From: Bacillota bacterium | Lineage (GTDB): Bacteria > Bacillota > Ch66 > Ch109 | Length of the DNA: 64,000 nucleotides | Assembly: GCA_050952625.1 (NCBI GenBank) | Contig: JBMNLH010000001.1 | Coordinates: 704,001 to 768,000 of the forward strand | Reading direction: 5' to 3' | Made by a program: the position numbers and the translations under genes | Part shown: positions 60,872 through 64,000 of the stretch, in pieces | How the letters are laid out: every line of letters begins with the position of its first letter | Position numbering within the stretch: the stretch's first letter is position 1 | Notes under the pieces: model-generated | What the model was told of the DNA's origin: nothing | The model's database searches: none | The model's input: only the letters and a program-made list of their open reading frames with translations

Positions 60872-62102
60872 ACTTTAGACGATGAAGACTACGTGCGGAT
60901 TGATTAGTTATTGTGGTAATTAATCCAACTATTAGCAGGATGCCTAGGGAGTAAAGCAAGAATTTCCCGGAATGCCAGATTGCAACGCTGAAAGATAGAT
61001 GTTCAGTTATGACAGTTGACCACGCTGGTTCAGATAGCTTAAGAATTTCCCAGCGAAAAGCCCCAATAAAAATCAGGCTGGATAAGACGGCGTGGGTTAA
61101 GCGGGCTACGATAAAGGGACCGAGGCGAATATCAGTATCGGCAATAAAACTGGCGATTTGAGCATGAATTGCAAGACCGCTCCAGCCTAAGATAGCACTT
61201 ACTAAGGTCAACCGGGTTTCTAAGGAAAGGGGTAATTGACTGGCAGACTTTGTTCCCAGAGTTATTTCCCAGAAACCAATGGCGAGGGAATGACACATTA
61301 ACGAATCGATTCCAGGGAACAGTCTAGTTATTAAAGCAGCCAACCAATTTAGTACTCCGAGAAGACTTAGTATTTTCATCAAAACAGAAAAGAAAATAAT
61401 AAACCCGCCAATAGTCAGCAGATTGGACATAGCTTGACGCACGGCATCCCCCAATAATTGGCCAATCGGACGTCCATCCTGGTGGCGCGCCTCGATTAGA
61501 GCACGCCAGGGACTAGTTCTCGAGTTTGTTTGCGGCGAAAAAGATTTTCGCTCAGGGTCACGCCGACAATAAAAGCGCATGGCCCAACCTATTATCAAGT
61601 TAGTACCATAATGAATTGCGGCTAGACTCATTCCAATAGAGGGCAGACCGAACATACCTACCGGTATGGCAACTAACATAAACAAAGGACTAGCATTATT
61701 CGTAAAACTAATCAGACGTTCTGCTTCAATCCGGGTACAAAGACCTTCCCGTCGCAAACGACCAGTCAGAATTGCGCCGACCGGGAATCCGGAAGTATAC
61801 CCCATTGCGGCGACAAAAGCACCTGGACCAGGGATATTAAAGATTGGACGCATCAGGGGTTCCAGTAGTTTTCCCAGAAAGTGGACTACTCCTAAACCCA
61901 TCATTAGTTCAGAAGCAATTAAAAATGGGAGGATTGAGGGGAGAACAATCTGAAACCAAAGAAGTAATCCCTCGGTTGAGGCGGCCAAAATTTCGGCCGG
62001 GTTAAATATCATAATTAACACTAAAAAAACAAACACACTAGCGGCTAAGACAATTAGCAGATCAGAAATCAGTGATTTTTTTGCGGCGAATTGTATTTTC
62101 AT
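60861..62102 (-). CDS. ylbJ: sporulation integral membrane protein
   Basis: PSILPF, SGFPVGA, NASPLF, GWSGL. Confidence 0.9.
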   Translation of the reverse strand: MKIQFAAKKSLISDLLIVLAASVFVFLVLIMIFNPAEILAASTEGLLLWFQIVLPSILPFLIASELMMGLGVVHFLGKLLEPLMRPIFNIPGPGAFVAAMGYTSGFPVGAILTGRLRREGLCTRIEAERLISFTNNASPLFMLVAIPVGMFGLPSIGMSLAAIHYGTNLIIGWAMRFYCRRDPERKSFSPQTNSRTSPWRALIEARHQDGRPIGQLLGDAVRQAMSNLLTIGGFIIFFSVLMKILSLLGVLNWLAALITRLFPGIDSLMCHSLAIGFWEITLGTKSASQLPLSLETRLTLVSAILGWSGLAIHAQIASFIADTDIRLGPFIVARLTHAVLSSLIFIGAFRWEILKLSEPAWSTVITEHLSFSVAIWHSGKFLLYSLGILLIVGLITTITNQSARSLHRLKFKS

Positions 62103-62237
62103 ATCTGACCTCCAAAAACAATTCTCTTATAAATCTGCGATGAAGATCTTTTTAGGTTTTTATTGGGAACACTAAAGTATACGGTTGTTTCTGTCTTAAT
62201 ATAACTATTTAGGAAGGAAAAGGAGAAGGGGGGTGAG

Positions 62238-63008
62238 ATGATGGGTTGCAAGAAGTTGGGCTTAGTATTAGGGGCAGGTAGTGCCCGGGGACTGGCGCAC
62301 ATTGGGGTAATTCAGGTCCTGCAAGAGGAAGCAATTCCGATCAATTTGGTGGTTGGTAGTAGTATGGGGGCAGTCATCGGTGCTTGTTATGCGGCCGGAA
62401 CAGATATGTACCTTTTACCGCAACTGGTTGCCGAGATGAATATTAACCAGCTAATTGACATGCAGATCCCGCGGAAAGGCTTTATCGCCGGCAATAAAAT
62501 ACAGGAATTAATTAAATTATTAACCCACGGGAAAAATTTTGATCAATTATCAATTCCCCTGGCTGTATTAGCCACGGATCTTGAAGCTGGAAAAAGAGTC
62601 GTCTTCCAAGATGGACCGGTTTACCAGGCGGTGAGGGCCAGTATCTCTATTCCCGGCATCTTTCAACCCGTAGAGCTAAATAATCGTCTATTAGTTGATG
62701 GGGCAGTAACTGAACGGTTACCGGCAAACATCGCCAGAGAACTAGGTGCCGAGGTTATTATTGCAGTCGATGTAACCTTTGGTAATCATGAGATGAAGAT
62801 AAACTCAATTTTGGATATTTTTCTCCAGTCGATTTCCCTCCTGGAAAGACAGATCCACGATAGCCGGATTCAAGAGATTGATATTTTGATTCAGCCGGAA
62901 GTGGGGAATCTGGGGATGAAACGATTCGATTTGGTTGAGGAGGCAGTACAAGCCGGGAGGGAAGCAACCAAACCGTTTTTACCCTTGATCAAAGAGTTGT
63001 TAAGTTAG
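62238..63008 (+). CDS. patatin-like phospholipase
   Basis: GAGSARGLAHIG, GSSMG, DGA. Confidence 0.92.
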   Translation: MMGCKKLGLVLGAGSARGLAHIGVIQVLQEEAIPINLVVGSSMGAVIGACYAAGTDMYLLPQLVAEMNINQLIDMQIPRKGFIAGNKIQELIKLLTHGKNFDQLSIPLAVLATDLEAGKRVVFQDGPVYQAVRASISIPGIFQPVELNNRLLVDGAVTERLPANIARELGAEVIIAVDVTFGNHEMKINSILDIFLQSISLLERQIHDSRIQEIDILIQPEVGNLGMKRFDLVEEAVQAGREATKPFLPLIKELLS

Positions 63009-63169
63009 ATTGAGTTTTTAATCCTTTTTTAGACTGAGCTTGAATGGAAGTTCTTACTTTCTTAATCCTAATAAAATAGGGTTCCATTATGTACCACGGT
63101 AAGTTATAATTAATTCTGATAAGCTTCTTGGTTGTTCGACAAATAACATATAATGAAGGAGGGCTTACT

Positions 63170-64000
63170 ATGACTTTGCTCGAGCAAATTAGACAAAAAG
63201 CTGCGAGCAACAAAAAGACTATCGTTTTACCAGAAGGGACCGAAGAAAGAACAGTTAAAGCGGTCGAAACAATTATTAAGGATCAGTTGGCTAACGTGAT
63301 TCTTCTGGGGGATCCCAGCGAGATTTCCGCAGTAGCCAAGAAGGTTGGCTCTAACATTGACGGAGCAACAATTATGGATCCCCGGAAATCTGAGCTTTAC
63401 AACGAATGTGTAGAACAGTTCTTCGAGATGCGCAAGAGCAAAGGCATGACTCTGGATAAAGCCCAAGCTTTAATGAGTGATCCGCTGTATTTTGGTTCTA
63501 TGTTAGTCCATAAAGGAGTGGCGGATGGCCAAGTTGCAGGGGCGCGCAATACAACCGGCGACGTGCTCCGACCAGCCTTACAGATTATTCGGACTGCTCC
63601 CGGGATGACTTCAGTCTCCGGTGCTTTCATTATGATTGTCCCTGATTGTGAATTTGGAGACAACGGTCTTTTCATTTTTGCTGACTGTGCGGTAACACCG
63701 AACCCGTCCGCAGAACAGTTGGCTGAATTTGCTTTCCAATCAAGCCAGACAGCAAAAGCTGTGGCTGGTATCGAAAACCCAGTCATCGGCATGATGTCTT
63801 TCTCCACTAAGGGTAGTGCCAGTCACGAGTTTGTCGATAAAGTAGTCAAGGCAACCGAAATTGCGAAGCAACGCTGGCCGGAATTGGCCCTGGATGGTGA
63901 ATTCCAGGCTGATGCGGCTCTAGTTCCGAAAGTTGGTGCCTCTAAGGCTCCCGGCAGTGCGGCAGCCGGAAAAGCAAATATACTTATCTTCCCTGACCTG
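63170..64000 (+). CDS. pta: phosphate acetyltransferase (3' end outside window)
   Basis: IVLPEG, FADCAV, SFSTKGSA, DGEFQADAA, ANILIFPDL; absent from ORF track because truncated. Confidence 0.95.
   Translation, partial: MTLLEQIRQKAASNKKTIVLPEGTEERTVKAVETIIKDQLANVILLGDPSEISAVAKKVGSNIDGATIMDPRKSELYNECVEQFFEMRKSKGMTLDKAQALMSDPLYFGSMLVHKGVADGQVAGARNTTGDVLRPALQIIRTAPGMTSVSGAFIMIVPDCEFGDNGLFIFADCAVTPNPSAEQLAEFAFQSSQTAKAVAGIENPVIGMMSFSTKGSASHEFVDKVVKATEIAKQRWPELALDGEFQADAALVPKVGASKAPGSAAAGKANILIFPDL

Noticed and set aside
1074-63807. Many short overlapping or antisense ORFs in the track (e.g. 34386-34886, 63397-63807)
   Set aside because: They shadow well-supported genes and have no SD or motif support.

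Overview
A mostly housekeeping chromosomal segment from an anaerobic, spore-forming Bacillota (Clostridia/Peptococcaceae-like; inferred from gene content and order). The core gene order is: end of the pyr operon (pyrC', pyrK, pyrD, pyrF, pyrE); rqcH; yloB-yloC-remA-gmk-rpoZ-coaBC-metK-priA-def-fmt-rsmB-rlmN-prpC-prkC-rsgA-rpe; an FMN-riboswitch rib operon; hslO; rpmB; asp23-fakA-recG; SASP; gpr; rsmD; ylbJ; patatin; pta'. Accessory material falls in three places: (i) a non-canonical Gre-like factor plus an unannotated 58-aa membrane ORF inside the pyr operon; (ii) a 5.5-11 kb block with a CoA-activase, LarA, Hpt and REC-HD-GYP; (iii) a 35-47 kb block with a fused PlsAR/Ger-like ether-lipid enzyme, an acetylene-hydratase-like Mo/W enzyme and phage-like or cell-wall genes. 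The most unusual signal is a ~210-nt, extensively base-paired non-coding element between pyrF and pyrE that I cannot assign to a known RNA family. Two families of short dispersed repeats are also present. I found no tRNA, rRNA, CRISPR array or intact transposase. All homology calls come from motif recognition by eye; no search was run.
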